Part shown: positions 1 through 12,557 of the stretch, piece by piece
Layout of the letters: the number at the start of each line of letters is the position of its first letter
Numbering within the stretch: the stretch's first letter is position 1
NCBI RefSeq assembly: GCF_963921235.1
Contig: NC_086109.1
Coordinates: forward strand, 11,718,001-11,782,000
Direction of reading: 5' to 3'
From: Mobula hypostoma
Taxonomy: Eukaryota
DNA: 64,000 nucleotides
Translations under genes and position numbers: made by a program
The notes under the pieces: generated by a model
What the model was told of the DNA's origin: nothing
The model's input: the letters and a program-made list of their open reading frames with translations, nothing else
The model's database searches: none

Positions 1-471
1 TAATATTTTTTGCTTGGTTTTAATTGCCACATATACCAAGAAACAGTTAAAAACTTGTCTTGCGTAATACAAGTCTAATCTACACAGTGCTTTGAGGTAG
101 AATGAGGTAAAGCAATAACAATGCAGAATAAATTGGAAAAACCACTGAAAATTGCTGTGCAGGTGAATGATAAAGTGCAAGATCGTAACAAGATAGCTGC
201 GAGGCCAAGAGTCCATTGTACTTTACAAGAGATCTGCTCAAGAATCTGAAAATAATTTGAGTGCAGTTCCTTAGACACTGTGCTAAGAAACTGGAGCTGG
301 AGTGTGATGACTTCCGGTTCATATGGAAGAATGAAAAAGTGATGGGTAGGAGCTACAGGAAGGTAGTGACCCTAAGTTGCAGAAGGGAGATACCTGGGTG
401 ACTGCCAGGAGAGGAAAATAGAATACGAGTCAGTACAGAGTGTCCCCATGGCCGTTCCCCTCAATAATAAA

Positions 472-1116
472 TGTAATGTATGGACCTATTCCTTTTAGAG
501 CAATGACTCCCTTTAGCACTAGGTATGGACTGTCTCTGCATGCATATTGATCTGTGTCTATGCATGTATATTGATCTGTGTCTATGCATGTATATTGATC
601 TGTGTCTATGCATGTATACTGATCCGTTGTCTACGCATGCACATTGACCTGTTGGCTATGCATGCGTATTGTTCCATCTCTCTCACTGCAATGCGAATAC
701 ACCAGTTAAAGCCATCTCCCATATACGTGCTTTTATTTACTTGATGTGCAGTTGCAAAGGCACAACGAGTTGGCAATGTGTATGAACCTGAATGTCAGAA
801 AATATCTTGAACTGCACTGACAGTTACAGGACGAGACAGTGAGAGGAGAGAGTTAAACAGTACAGAGAAGGCTGCCACAGACACTAACAAAGGGTCGCGT
901 GAGTAGCTGCGTAGAACACAGTGAAACACAGCAATAGCTTTAGTCAAAATTTAATAGTGCTACTGAAAGCTGGAGGTCATATATTGAGAGGGTTGAACTG
1001 TATTGTAAGGCAAATGATGTGGATGAGCAAAAAAATAGTCCCAGGCTTCTTAGCTTAATGGGTGCTAGGACATACAGTCTCTTGTGCAACCTAGTAACCC
1101 TTAAAAAACCAGTCAG
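472..1116 (+). mobile_element. Gypsy/Ty3 LTR retrotransposon fragment: LTR-like segment plus gag N-terminus
   Basis: Begins TGTAATGTA at 472; about 950-1116 translates FNSATESWRSYIERVELYCKANDVDEQK..LLSLMGARTYSLL.NLVT..KP, a typical Gypsy gag N-terminus; CR1 sequence resumes at 1117. Confidence 0.7.
537..672. repeat. 24-bp tandem repeat (tatgcatgtatattgatctgtgtc), about 5 copies, decaying 3'
   Basis: Directly visible; gives the MICVYACIL repeat in ORF 547-744. Confidence 0.9.
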
Positions 1117-2361
1117 CTGGCTCTGTGGCTCAGAAGGGAAGAGTGGAAAAGAAAAGTGCAACAGTGATAGGGGTTTCCATAGTTAGAGGGGTAGGCACAA
1201 GATTCTATGGACACGCTTCAGATACCTGAATGGTAGGTTGCCTATCAGATGCCAGGGTCAGAGATCTTGGATTGGGTCCACACCATTCTAAAAGGGGAGG
1301 GTGAGCAGCTAGAAGTCGTGGTACATATTGGTACCAACAACACAATTGGAAAAGGAAGGAGATTCTGAAGAGAGGATATAGGGAGCTTGGAAGAAAGCTG
1401 AAAAGCAGGACCTCCAGGCATAATCTCTGGATTGCTGCCTGTGCCACAAGCCAATGGAGATAAGAATAGGGTGACTTGGCAGATGAATGCGTGGCTGAGC
1501 AATTTGTTCAGGGGCAGCATCTCTGAGTTCTCTTCTGGAGCAAGTGTGACCTGCAGAAAAAGGACAGTTTACACCTGAACCCAAGGGGGACCAATATCCT
1601 TGCAGGCAGGTTTGCTACTGCTGTTGGGAGGGCTTAAACTAATTTGACAGAGAGATGGGAACCAGAGGATGGGGAAGTTGGTATATAAGCGGATGCAGTG
1701 TGTGGTGTTACTGTAAAGAAGTGCAGGCAGATGATAGGGCAAAGTTGAAGTGTAACATGGGAGCAAAATCTAACAGGGTGATGAACACAGGACTGAAGGT
1801 GTTATATTTCATTGCGTGCAATTTATGGAATAAGACAGATGATCTTGTAGTGCTGCTAGAGATTGCCAGGTACAACATTGTGGGCATCACTGAGCCGTGG
1901 CTAAAAGAAGATCCTAGCTGGGAGCTTAACATCTAAGGATTCATATCGTATCGAAAGGACAATTAGGCAGAGGGGTTGGGTGGCCGGGTTGGTAAAAAAA
2001 AAATCTAGAAAGAGGTACATAGGATCACGGATGTAGAGTTCTTGTCGGTAAAGTTAAGAAAATGCAAGGGTAAAAGGACCCTGAAGGGAGTTATATACAG
2101 GCCTCCAAACAGTAGCCAGGATGTGGGATATAAATTACAATGGGAGATAGAAAAGGCATGTAAAGAGGGGATATTACGATAATCATGGGGGTTTCAGTAT
2201 GCAGGTAGATTGGGGATAATAGGTTGTTGCTGGAGCCCAAGAGAGGGTATTTATAGAATGCCCATTGTTTGGTTTTTGAGAACATCTTGTGGTTGAGCCC
2301 ACTTAGGAAAAGGTAATTCTGGATTGGGTATTGTGTAATAAACCAGATTTGATTAGGGAAG

Positions 2362-3150
2362 CGGAACAAGTGCTACACATGCCCTTACACTTCCTCCCTT
2401 ACCACCATTCAGGGCCCCAAACAGTCCTTCCAGGTGAGGCAACACTTCACCTGTGAGTCGACTGGGGTGATATACTGCGTCCGGTGCTCCCGATGTGGCC
2501 TTTTATATATTGGCGAGACCCGACGCAGACTGGGAGATCGCTTTGCTGAACACCTACGCTCTGTCCGCCAGAGAAAGCAGGATCTCCCAGTGGCCACACA
2601 TTTTAATTCCACATCCCATTCCCATTCTGACATGTCTATCCACAGCCTCCTCTACTGTAAAGATGAAGCCACACTCAGGTTGGAGGAACAACACCTTATA
2701 TTCCGTCTGGGTCGCCTCCAACCTGATGGCATGAACATCAACTTCTCTAACTTCCGCTAATGCCCCACCTCCCTCTCGTACCCCATCTGTTACTTATTTT
2801 TATACACACATTCTTTCTCTCACTCTCTTTTTTCTCCCTCTGTCCCTCTGAATATACCTCTTGCCCATCCTCTGGGTCACCCCCCCCCCCGTCTTTCTTC
2901 CCGGACCTCCTGTCCCATGATCCTCTTGTATCCCCTTCTGCCTATCACCTGTCCAGCTCTCGGCTCCATCCCTCCTCCTCCTGTCTTCTCCTATCATTTT
3001 GCATCTCCCCCTCCCCCTCCAGCTTTCAAATCCCTTACTCACTCTTCCTTCAGTTAGTCCTGACGAAGGGTCTCGGCCTGAAACGTCGACTGCGCTTCTT
3101 CCTATAGATGCTGCCTGGCCTGCTGCGTTCACCAGCAACTTTGATGTATG
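2362..3150 (+). mobile_element. Penelope-like element 3' fragment (GIY-YIG endonuclease plus terminal repeat)
   Basis: ORF 2434-2760 GVIYCVRCSRCGLLYIGETRRRLGDRFAEHL is GIY-YIG with the PLE CCHH-like motif; near-identical to copies at 52533 and 61071. Confidence 0.92.
3056..3091 (+). ncRNA. Minimal type I hammerhead ribozyme motif in the Penelope terminal repeat
   Basis: agtc-CTGACGA-agggtctcggcct-GAAA-C-GTC-gact: intact core, stem I agtc/gact, stem II agg/cct, palindromic ACGT stem III, GUC cleavage triplet. Confidence 0.8.
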
Positions 3151-3529
3151 TTACATCAGTAATACCTACTGGCTTCTTGATATACAGGATGGTGTCCTGT
3201 GGGGGGCATGCCTTCTTCTGATGGTCAAAAGTTGGTTCTGTTGTGATTGTCTAGTTTAGAAACTGCAGCTACTTTTCTCATTGTTTAGCTGCCTTGGTGT
3301 CCAGTTTCATATATCCTGACTATATAAAATAACACGTGGAAGGGGCTTGCTCTCTCCTCTTTTGTTTAACTCAAAGGTGCACATGGCCATTGGGAAGGTA
3401 TGCTCTGTGCACTCTTTTAGCTAAGTAATGTTTGTTGAATATTTAGCTTTGTAGTGTCTGTAACCTGGAGAACATACTGTAAATGTTTCATTGAATGTTT
3501 TACTCTTTGTAAATTAATGTCTAATATAC

Positions 3530-4930
3530 CTATTCATGGAGACCAGAAAACCATAAGACCTAGGAGCAGAATTAGGCCATTCAGCCCATCGAGTCCACTC
3601 CGCTGTCCCATCATGGCTGATCCCAGATCCCACTCAACCCCATACACCTGCCCTCTTGCCATATCCTTTGATGTCCTGATCGATCAGGAAATGATCAACC
3701 TCCACCTTAAATATACCTATGGACTTGGCCTCCACCACAGCCAGTGGCAGAACAGTCCACAGATTCACTACTCCCTGGCTAAAAAAAAAAAATTCCTCCT
3801 TACTTCCATTTTAAAAGATCACCCCTCAACTTTGAGGCTGTGCCCTCTAGTTCTGGATAGCCCCACCATTGGAAACATCCTCTCCACATCCACCCTTTCT
3901 AGTCCTTTCAACATTCAGTAGGTTTCAATGAGATCTCCTGCATTCTTCTAAATTCTAGAGAATTTGGCCCCAAACTGCCAAATGTTCCTCTTATGTTAAC
4001 CCCTTAGTTCCTGGAACCATCCCTGTGAACCTCCTCTGGACTCCTCCAATGACAACACATTCTTTCTGAGATATGGGGCCCAAAATTGTTGACAATACTC
4101 CAAGTGTGACCTGATTAGTGTCTGATAAAGGCTTAGCATTATCTCCTTGTTTTCATATTCTATTCTCCTTGAAATAAATGCCAACATTGCATTTGCCTTC
4201 TTTACCACAGACTCCACCTGTAAATTAACCTTCTGGGAGTCTTGCACAAGGACTCCTAGTCCCTCTGTACCTGTGATGTTTGAACCTTCTCCCCATTTAG
4301 GTAATAGTCAACACTATTGTTCCTTTTACCAAAATGTATTATCATATATTTCCGAACACCGTATTTTATCTGCCACTTTTTTTGCCCACTTTTCCAATTT
4401 GTCTAAGTCCTGCTGCAATTGCATTGCTTCCTCAATACTACCTACCCTTCCAGCTGTCTTCGTATCATTCACAATCTTTGCCTCAAAGTCATCAATTCCA
4501 TTATTTAAATCATGGACAAACGTAGCAGTCCCAATACTGGCCCCTGAGGAACACCACTAGTCACAGACAAACAACCAGAAAAGGCCCCTTTTATTCCCTC
4601 TCGCTGCTTTCTGCCTGTCAGCCTTTCTGCTATCCACGCCAGTATCGTTCTGGTAATGCCATAAGATTTTATCTAGTTAAGCAGCCTCATGTGGAACCTT
4701 ATCAAATGCCTTCTGAAAATGCAAGTTAATGACACCCACTGCTTCTCCTTTGGCCACCCTGCTTGTTACTTCCTTGAAGAATTCTAACAGATTTGTCAGG
4801 CAAGATTTCCCTTTACAAAAACCATGCTGACTTTGACTTATTTTAACATTAGTCTCCAAGTACCCTGAAGTCTCACCCTTAATAATAGACTCCAATGCTT
4901 TCCCAACCACTGAGATTAGGCTAACTGGAC
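3530..4930 (-). mobile_element. CR1 LINE RT and 3' end, degenerate
   Basis: Minus-strand ORFs 4677-4910 (..QHGFCKGKSCLTNLLEFF..FQKAFDKVPH) and 3996-4247 (VVKKANAMLAFISR); CR1 3' tail near 3540. Confidence 0.88.
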
Positions 4931-4949
4931 AATAATTTCCTTTCTATAT

Positions 4950-5500
4950 CATTAGCCGAACCCACAAACCTGATTCAACATTACAGATAGACTGAACTGC
5001 TGTTTCAGAGAAGGCTAAAGGTGGGAGGGGTTGGGAGGGGTGCTGTCTGTGTTTCATGATAAACGCTTTGTGGTGCTCAGATGTGGCAATTTTGTTGCAC
5101 TCTCATTCCCCCTGACTCAAAAAATCTAATGATTAAGTGCCGACTGTTCAACTTACCAGGAGAGTTCTTCGCTGTGATCCTGTCAGCAGTTTACATACCA
5201 CCAAAAGATGACACTAATCAGGGGCTCAAAATATTAAATACTGCCATTGCCAAACAAGAAACAGTCCGCCCAGACAAATTTCAAATCATGGTCAGGAAGT
5301 TCAGTCAGGATTGTTTGAGGAAATCTCTGCCCAGTTATCATCAGCATACAGCCTACAGCACCAGGGGTCTCAACACAGCTATACTATGATAAAGAACACC
5401 TACTGTTCCATGCCCAGACCACATTTTGGGAAATCTGATCGCCTGGCTGTTCTTCTTCTACCTGTATATTGCCAGAGTCTAACGAGCAGATCCAGAGATT
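4950..5500 (+). mobile_element. Rex1/Babar-like LINE endonuclease fragment
   Basis: ORF 5081-5389 IKCRLFNLPGEFFAVILSAVYIPP resembles the CRPFYLPREF..VYIPP APE motif. Confidence 0.7.
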
Positions 5501-5689
5501 GTTGCCTTTTGCACATTGGCTCTTTGTTCATCCTGTTGGGCGCAGTCTCATTGATTCTATTATGTTTCTTCAGTTTACTGAGTATGCCAGTAAGAAAAAA
5601 ATCTCAGTGTCGTATATGGTGACATATAGAGTATGTACATGGGAAATAAATTTACTTCGAACTTTGATCGGAAATGGTCTTTCTGGAAT

Positions 5690-7430
5690 GGCTCTGGAAG
5701 ACTGGAAAATTACTCTTTAAGAAGGGATGGAGGTGAAAGAAAGGACATTGGAGGCCAGGACTCCAGATGTTGGAATCCATTTTCAAGAATGAGGTTTCAG
5801 GATACTTGGAGGCACATGATAAAATAGGCCAAAGTCAGCATGGTTTTCTTTAAGGGAATCTTGCCTGACAAATCTGTTCGAATTCTGGAGGAAGTAACAA
5901 GCAGGATAGACAAGGGAGAGTCAGTGGATGTCATTTACTTGGATTTTTGGAAGGCCTTTGACAAGGAGTCACCCATGAGGCTGATAAAGAAGCTAAGAGC
6001 CCATAGTAGTATAGGAAGGATACTTGCATGGATAGAAAATTGGCTGATTGGTGGGAGGCAAGGAGTAAGAAATAGGAAGCTTTTTCTGGATGGCTGATTG
6101 TAAATAATGGTGTTCTGTTCTGTTATATGTCACTGATTTGGATGACATAGAAACATAGAAAATAGGTGCAGGAGTAGGCCATTTGGCCCTTCGACCCTGC
6201 ACTGCCATTCAGTATGATCATGGCTGATCATCCAACTCAGAACCCTGTACCAGCCTTCCCTCCATAACCCTTGATCCCTTTAGCCACAAGGGCCATATCT
6301 AACTCCCTCTTAAATATAGCCAATGAACTGGCCTCAACTGTTTCCTGTGGCAGAGAATTCCACAGATTCACCACTTTCTGTGTGAAGAAGTTTTTCCTAA
6401 TCTCGGTCCTAAAAGGCTTCCCCTTTATCCTCAAACTGTGACCCCTCGTTCTGGACTTCCCCAACATCGGGAACATGTCAGAACTGATTACTTTGTGGTG
6501 AAATTTGCAGACAATATGAAGATAGGTGGAGGGGCAGGTTGTGTTGAGGAAGGAGGGAGCCTGCTGATGGACTTAGTCAGATAGGGAGAATGGACAAAGA
6601 AGTGGCAGATGGAAACAGTGTAGGAAAGTATATTCCCATGCACTTTGGTAAAAGGATTAAAGGCGTAGACTATTTTCTAAACAGGGAGAAAATTCAAAAT
6701 CAGGGGTTCAATGAGACTTAGTAGTCCTCAAACAGGATTCCCTAAAGGCTAACTTGCAGGTTGAGTCAGTGGTGAGGAAGGCAAATGCAATGTTCGCATT
6801 CATTCTGAGAGAACTGGAATAAAAGGGCAAAGATGTCATGCTGAGACTTTATAAGGCATTGGTCAGACTGCACTTGGAGTTTTGTGTGTAGTTCTAGTCT
6901 TATTGAAGAACAGATATGCTGGCATTGGAGAGGTCCAGAGGAGCTTCATGAGAATGATTCCAGGAATGAAAGGTTAACATATGAGGAATGTTTGATGACT
7001 CTGGGCCTGTATGTACTGGAATTCAAAAGAATGGGGTGATCTCATAGAAACCTATCGAATGCTAAAAGGCCCAGAGAGGGTAAATGTGGCGAGGACGTTT
7101 CCAATAGTGGGGAGTCTAGAACCAGAGGGCACAGCCTCAGAATAGAGGGACATCCATTTAGAACAGATATCAGGAGGAGTTATCTTAGCCACATGTTATT
7201 GAATCTGTTAAATTCTTTTCCACAGATGGTTGTGGAGGCCAAGTCGTTGAGTATATTTAAAGAGCGGTTGATAGGTTCCTGATTAGTCAGGGTGCCAAAA
7301 GTTACAGGGCGCGGGCATGAAAATGAGATTGAGAGGGATAATAAACCAGCTACGATGGAATGGTGGAGCAGACTCACTGGGCTGGACGGCCTAGTCCTGC
7401 TCCTATGTCTTGAAGTTTTATGGTCTTATA
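5690..7430 (+). mobile_element. CR1 LINE RT to 3' end, with an inverted CR1 3' fragment inserted at about 6148-6476
   Basis: ORF 5840-6097 VDVIYLDFWKAFDK; minus-strand ORF 6237-6476 is a CR1 C-terminus ending in a (tttctatg) tail at about 6148-6160. Confidence 0.85.
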
Positions 7431-8459
7431 ACAGTGAGATGGAAGCTGCACTTGATCATGGTGATACAGGTTTTCTAGCTCTTGTACAATTTTAAATCAC
7501 GGAGAGCTTGTGCTGGCAATCAGGCACTACTTACATCACAGTATTTTACTACATCAAAGGCCATTCAGCCCATTGTATCTATGTTGTTCCTGGAAAGGGA
7601 TATTGCCACCCAAGCATGTTCATAAATTACTCTTCATTTTCAAAGTTCAGCTATTTCCTGCTTTGCCAGGCAAAAGGAGAGGATGGCAAGAGAATTCATT
7701 TGTTTTAACCAAGCACTTCACTCTGGTTTAGTTCCAGACTCAGATTAGTTTATTGTGATAGATAACCTGCTGCCACGAAGTGCCTTGCTCGCGTGAACCT
7801 CATGAACTAAATAGTTTATGGAGTTTGATTTAGCTGAGTGTCAGCCATTGCATTTGGGAAAGTCAAATCAAAATAGTACTTTCACAGTAAATGATAGTGC
7901 TATAGAACAGAGGGATCTTGGAATTCAGGTACATGGTTCCCTGTCTACCTGTGACTCCATTTTCAGAGAACAATGAGAACAATGTTGTGCTGATCTTTTC
8001 GCCCACTCCAAGGTCATTCTAGTGCTTCTCTCCCAAATAGCCCTTCTTTTTTCTTTCACCCATGTGCCTATCTAAGATTTCCTTGAATGTCCTGAATATA
8101 TCTACCTCTTCTATTACCCTCGGCCCTGTGTTCCACATATCCACCACTCTTTATGCAAAAAAAACTTACCTGTGACATCCTGCCTACACTTTCCTACAAT
8201 CATCTTAAAATTATGCCCACTCATGTTAGCCATTTTTGCCATGGGATAAAGGAGCTGGCTGCCCACTCTGTTTATACCCTTTGTCATCTTATACACCTTT
8301 ATGAAGTCACCTTTCATCCTCCTTTGTTCCAAAGAGAAAATCCCTATTTCCAACCTTTCTTTTTTATCATGGTCTCTCTGACAAACTGGCTTAGGGTCTG
8401 CACCCAAAAATATTGGACCAGTAATCTTACAAGAATGTGCATGCAGTTATCAGTGGGAG

Positions 8460-9110
8460 TTTATTACAAACAAGAGAAAATCTGCAGATGCTAGAAATCC
8501 AGAGCAACACACACAAAATGGCAGCATCTGTGGAAAAGAGTACAGTCGAAGTTTTGGGCCAAGACTCTTTGGCAGGACTGGAGAAAAAAAAGATGAGGAA
8601 TAGATTTAAAAATGTGAGGGAGGGGAGAGAGAAACACAGGGTGATAGGTGAAACTGATCAAGAGCATGTGAAGTGCTGTGGATATAGGTGGGAAGGAACT
8701 GAACCAAGGGGGATAGAATGGAGTTGAGGCATGAGGGACAGGGGGGCAGGAGCAGGCGGAAACAATAGACCTACCAGGACAGTCAGGTTTGTGGATCTTA
8801 CGTAGGAGGTAGAAGCAAGCAGTGAAGGGTAAAGGAACTATGAATTTGGTGGCACTGAATGGGAGATCTCCAGAGTTGATGAGGTCTGTAATGAAAGTTG
8901 TTTTGTATGGATTAGCAGAGAGAGAGGTTAGGACATTTTCTTTTAATGAGAGAAGACAGATAGTACAGAATAAACACAAGAGATTCCTCACGTGCTGAAA
9001 ATCCAGAGCAACACACAGAGGAACTCAGCAGGTCAGACAGCATCTATGGAAAAAAATAAACAATTGACATTTTGGGCCAAGATCCTTCACCAGGACTGGA
9101 AATGAAGAGA
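8460..9110 (-). mobile_element. Penelope-derived element with RT N-terminal fragment between terminal-repeat pieces
   Basis: ORF 8491-8991 contains FYLLRKIHKPDCPGRSIVSACSCP, a PLE RT motif; flanked by degenerate terminal repeats. Confidence 0.75.
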
Positions 9111-10751
9111 AGAGCAGACGTTGTTTTGGGATCCTGGGGTTCTGAACCATGAGAACTCTGTGCATATCAGAGATTCAGATAAAGCATTGAAGTAAATACA
9201 GTTGAAGATTACATGAGCAAATTAATCAGAAGATTAAAGGAAGCTCCCGGTGCTTTCTGGTAGGGTGCCGAACATGTAAGATAAGTAAAACCTTTGCCTT
9301 TTAATTATGTTCTGAATAGAATAAGGCTTGGATTTAACTGCTGTCCTCAAAAAAAGCAGTTGAAGAAGAATGAATCATGGCAATTTTGGGCCAATTACTT
9401 TGCAAAGAGTTGTCATCACAGAGCTGAAAGATGGCTTCCTGCATTGTTTCATTGCAAGCCATCTAATCAAACTAGGCGATTTAACAGATGACCTAGAGGG
9501 TGTTCACCGTCCAAGGTTGAATTCAGGCACATTAGCTGAATCAGGACGTCAAACAATTTGCCTTGACATTGACATGTTACTTGTTTCAATCTGATTCAGG
9601 CAAGCAGCCATCTGCACTTAAGAGACTGATTTCCCACTCCTCAGTCATTTACAAATTGTTTGAATCTTGTCCTACTCTAGGTTGTGAACAAAGAGTGAGC
9701 TGAACACGCTTCCATGTTCCTTCTATCCATTGGCATGTTTGTGAGAAATGTGTAATTTGCAGGACATCAGCATGTTTCTAAACATTGAACCACTGCGCCC
9801 TCCCCAGTTGGGAAACAAATGATCACTGACATAGACTTTAACCAGCATTGCTGGGAAGTTTGCCAGTGGCTAGTTTCTCAATCACAGCTGGAGCCTGTAA
9901 CTTCTTTTTTAAGTTGTGGGGCCTGATGCATTTAACAAATGCCCCAGCATCAAGGGCATCTTCAAAAGGTGAAGCCTGAGAAAGTTTATATCTGTCCTGA
10001 AGGAGCCTCACCACCCAGGACGTGCCCTCTTCCCATTACCACCGTCACAGAGGAAGTACAGGAGCCCGAAGAAAGATACCTGACATTTTATGAATAGCCC
10101 CTTCCCCTGTGTCATCAGATTTCTGAACGGTCCATGAGCCCGTGAGGACTGCTTCAGTATCTTGCTCTCTTTTTGCACTACTCATTGATTATTTTTATAC
10201 TTCTTATGTAGCTCGTGATTTCTGTCTGTACTTCAGTGATCTATTGCTGGAAAACAACAAATTCCATGCCATATTTCAGTGATAATAAAGCTGGTTCTGA
10301 TTCTGCCTCCCACCACCTCTTCTTCTCTTTCTTCTGGATGCTCATTGTGATCACTGCTGAAAAACTCTATAGCACAGTTAGAAAGTATTACACCTGGGCA
10401 AGTGGGACCGGTATAGATGTAATGAACACCTAATGAAATGGCTGTAACTACAAGATTTATGACTCAATAAACCCAACAACTTGATTCCCTGACCGAGAAC
10501 TGAATCTGGCTCATGGCGATGAGAGTGATAAATCCTAACCAGGAGGCGTTGGGTCAAAAGGCTTGATTCCATCCTGTCTCAAGGATCAAATTTATTCGCC
10601 AATACATTTACATATATTAGGAATTCGCTATGGTGTGTTGATGCGACATGCAACAGGAAAACAGCACCATCCAACAATAACGAATAAAGAACTTTATAAA
10701 AAGTGAAGTTAGAGGTTAAAGTACAAATATGGAATAAAATGTGCGCCAATA

Positions 10752-10819
10752 CAGTTCTGTGCAGGAGTCTTAGGCACATTTATATGGCTAAGGTGCCTAA
10801 GAGTGTTGCACAAGTGCTG
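10752..10819. mobile_element. Tc1/mariner-derived palindromic mini-MITE (similar copies at about 31284-31350 and 31765-31833)
   Basis: TA-CAGTTCTGTGCAGGAGTCTTAGGCAC..GTGCCTAAGAGTGTTGCACAAGTGCTG: inverted arms around a short spacer, CAGT terminus after TA. Confidence 0.65.
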
Positions 10820-12438
10820 TGCTAATTTTATGTATTGCACTGTACTGCTACAGCAAAAAAAAACAAACTTCATGACATACGTGAGTGTTGATAAACCTGA
10901 TTCTGATATGGGTCTTTATTGTAGATTGAGAGTGGGAAGGGGTCAGGGAGAAGAGAATTATGGTAGGGAAAAGGGAAAAGAAGAGGGCAGGGAGTGGGAA
11001 GCACCAGAGAGACATTCTGCAACGATCAATAAACCAATTGTTTGGAATCAAATAACCTTGCACCCTGTCTCAGGGTTGGGTGTGTCTGCACCTGTTGCAC
11101 CCCCTGATTCCCTTAATAGCCAAAATTTCATTGTAATACCTGAAGAACATCTCCAACAGGAGAAAGCCAAAACACTCCTTGATAAAGCAAAGTCCCCCTA
11201 TTTATTATCAAAATCAGGGGGAATTGGTGACAAGAAGTAATCCACTTCAGCCACATCAACACTGGTTACAAACAAATGGACGGGTTGCCTTATTAATTTT
11301 CACAAAATCATAGCTGCATCTACAAGGCACCAATCAGGATTACAGTGAAAAGCCATGACTTGCCTGACAGAGTGCCTTCAAAGGTAAATCTCTTTGTTTG
11401 CTTAGAGCTCCTAGTAATTGGTATCTCATCCACCGCTCACCTACTGCAGGACATGCTACTTATGGGAAAGAGTGATAGTTATTCCTTGGTAATAATCAGT
11501 AGAGTATGAAGGAATGTCTGGTCATTATTATATTGCTGTCTGTGAAAGCTTGAAGATTTGCAGAGGGGATAATATCTTTGGAGATGTGAGGGGCAAGTTC
11601 TTTACACAGAGAGTGGGTTGGGTGCTGCCTGGGGTGGTGGTAGAGGCAAATACATTAGGGATTCTTTAAGAGACATTTAGATAGGCACAAGAATGTGAGG
11701 GAAATGGAAGGATGTGGACATTGTGTAGGCAGAGGAGATTAATTTAGTTGGCCATTTGATTGCTAATTTAATCGGTTTGGCACAACATTGTCGGCACAGG
11801 TCTGTTCCTGAGCTGTGCTGTTCTATGCTCTATATTCTATGTCTTACATTATAACAATTACTCTATATACCATAGGGCTATGGGTAACCCTAGGTAATTT
11901 CTAAGGTAAGGACATGTTCTGCACAGCTTTGTGGAGCCTGTATTGTGCTGTAGGTTTTATATGTTTCTGTAAGCATAAAGACATTGGGGATCATAAAAAA
12001 ATTGCTACATGAAAGTAAATATTCCTTCAATTTTTAAACTTTAATGAGAATTAAAACACCTTTAATTTTATTTTATTTATTGAGATACAGGGCAGAGAAG
12101 GTCCTCATGCCCCCCGCCTCCCGCCCCAGCTGCACCACCCAGCAATCCTCCGACTTAGTCCTAGCCTAATCACTAGACAATTTACAATAACCAAGTTATC
12201 TACCAACTAGTATGTTGGTAGGTTGATTGGTCATCCTAGATTGTTAAAATCAAACTGATTTTGACAGCATCAACTTTAATGAGTACACCCACTCATATCA
12301 CTGACTAATAAGGTAATGCAAGACTTGTCAAATATGAAACATAAGCTTTAAAAGTCATTTTATAAGTACGGGACAGAGTTAATAAATTAATTCCTCTTAA
12401 CATTCGAGATGGAACACCATTGTAATTGTTTTGCTTAC

Positions 12439-12487
12439 CTGCCAATGAAATGCTGATGAAGATGAAGATAAGTTGAATGAGTTTCAT
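12439..12487 (-). CDS. Gene C signal-peptide exon (MKLIQLIFIFISISLA, phase 1); downstream exons not identified
   Basis: aaacATG start, hydrophobic leader, strong donor GCAG|GTAAGC; same strand and phase as the gene A leader. An in-frame upstream ATG exists at 12517. Confidence 0.7.
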
Positions 12488-12557
12488 GTTTAATAATAAT
12501 CTACTAATACAGGACATGATTGCCACTTTGCACAGTCCGACTTTATCCAGAAAATGT

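Larger units (their letters stand above)
295..2361 (+). mobile_element. CR1-type LINE 5' part (ORF1 SGNH-esterase remnant and ORF2 APE endonuclease start), interrupted by an LTR fragment at 472-1116
   Basis: Degenerate VIG(D)SIVRG and VVHIGTNN motifs at about 1160-1340; ORF 1655-1936 GLKVLYF..NIVGITEPWL is an APE endonuclease N-terminus; many stops. Confidence 0.8.

Noticed and set aside
547-744. Cys-rich repetitive protein
   Set aside because: Translation artefact of a 24-bp tandem repeat inside an LTR-like segment.
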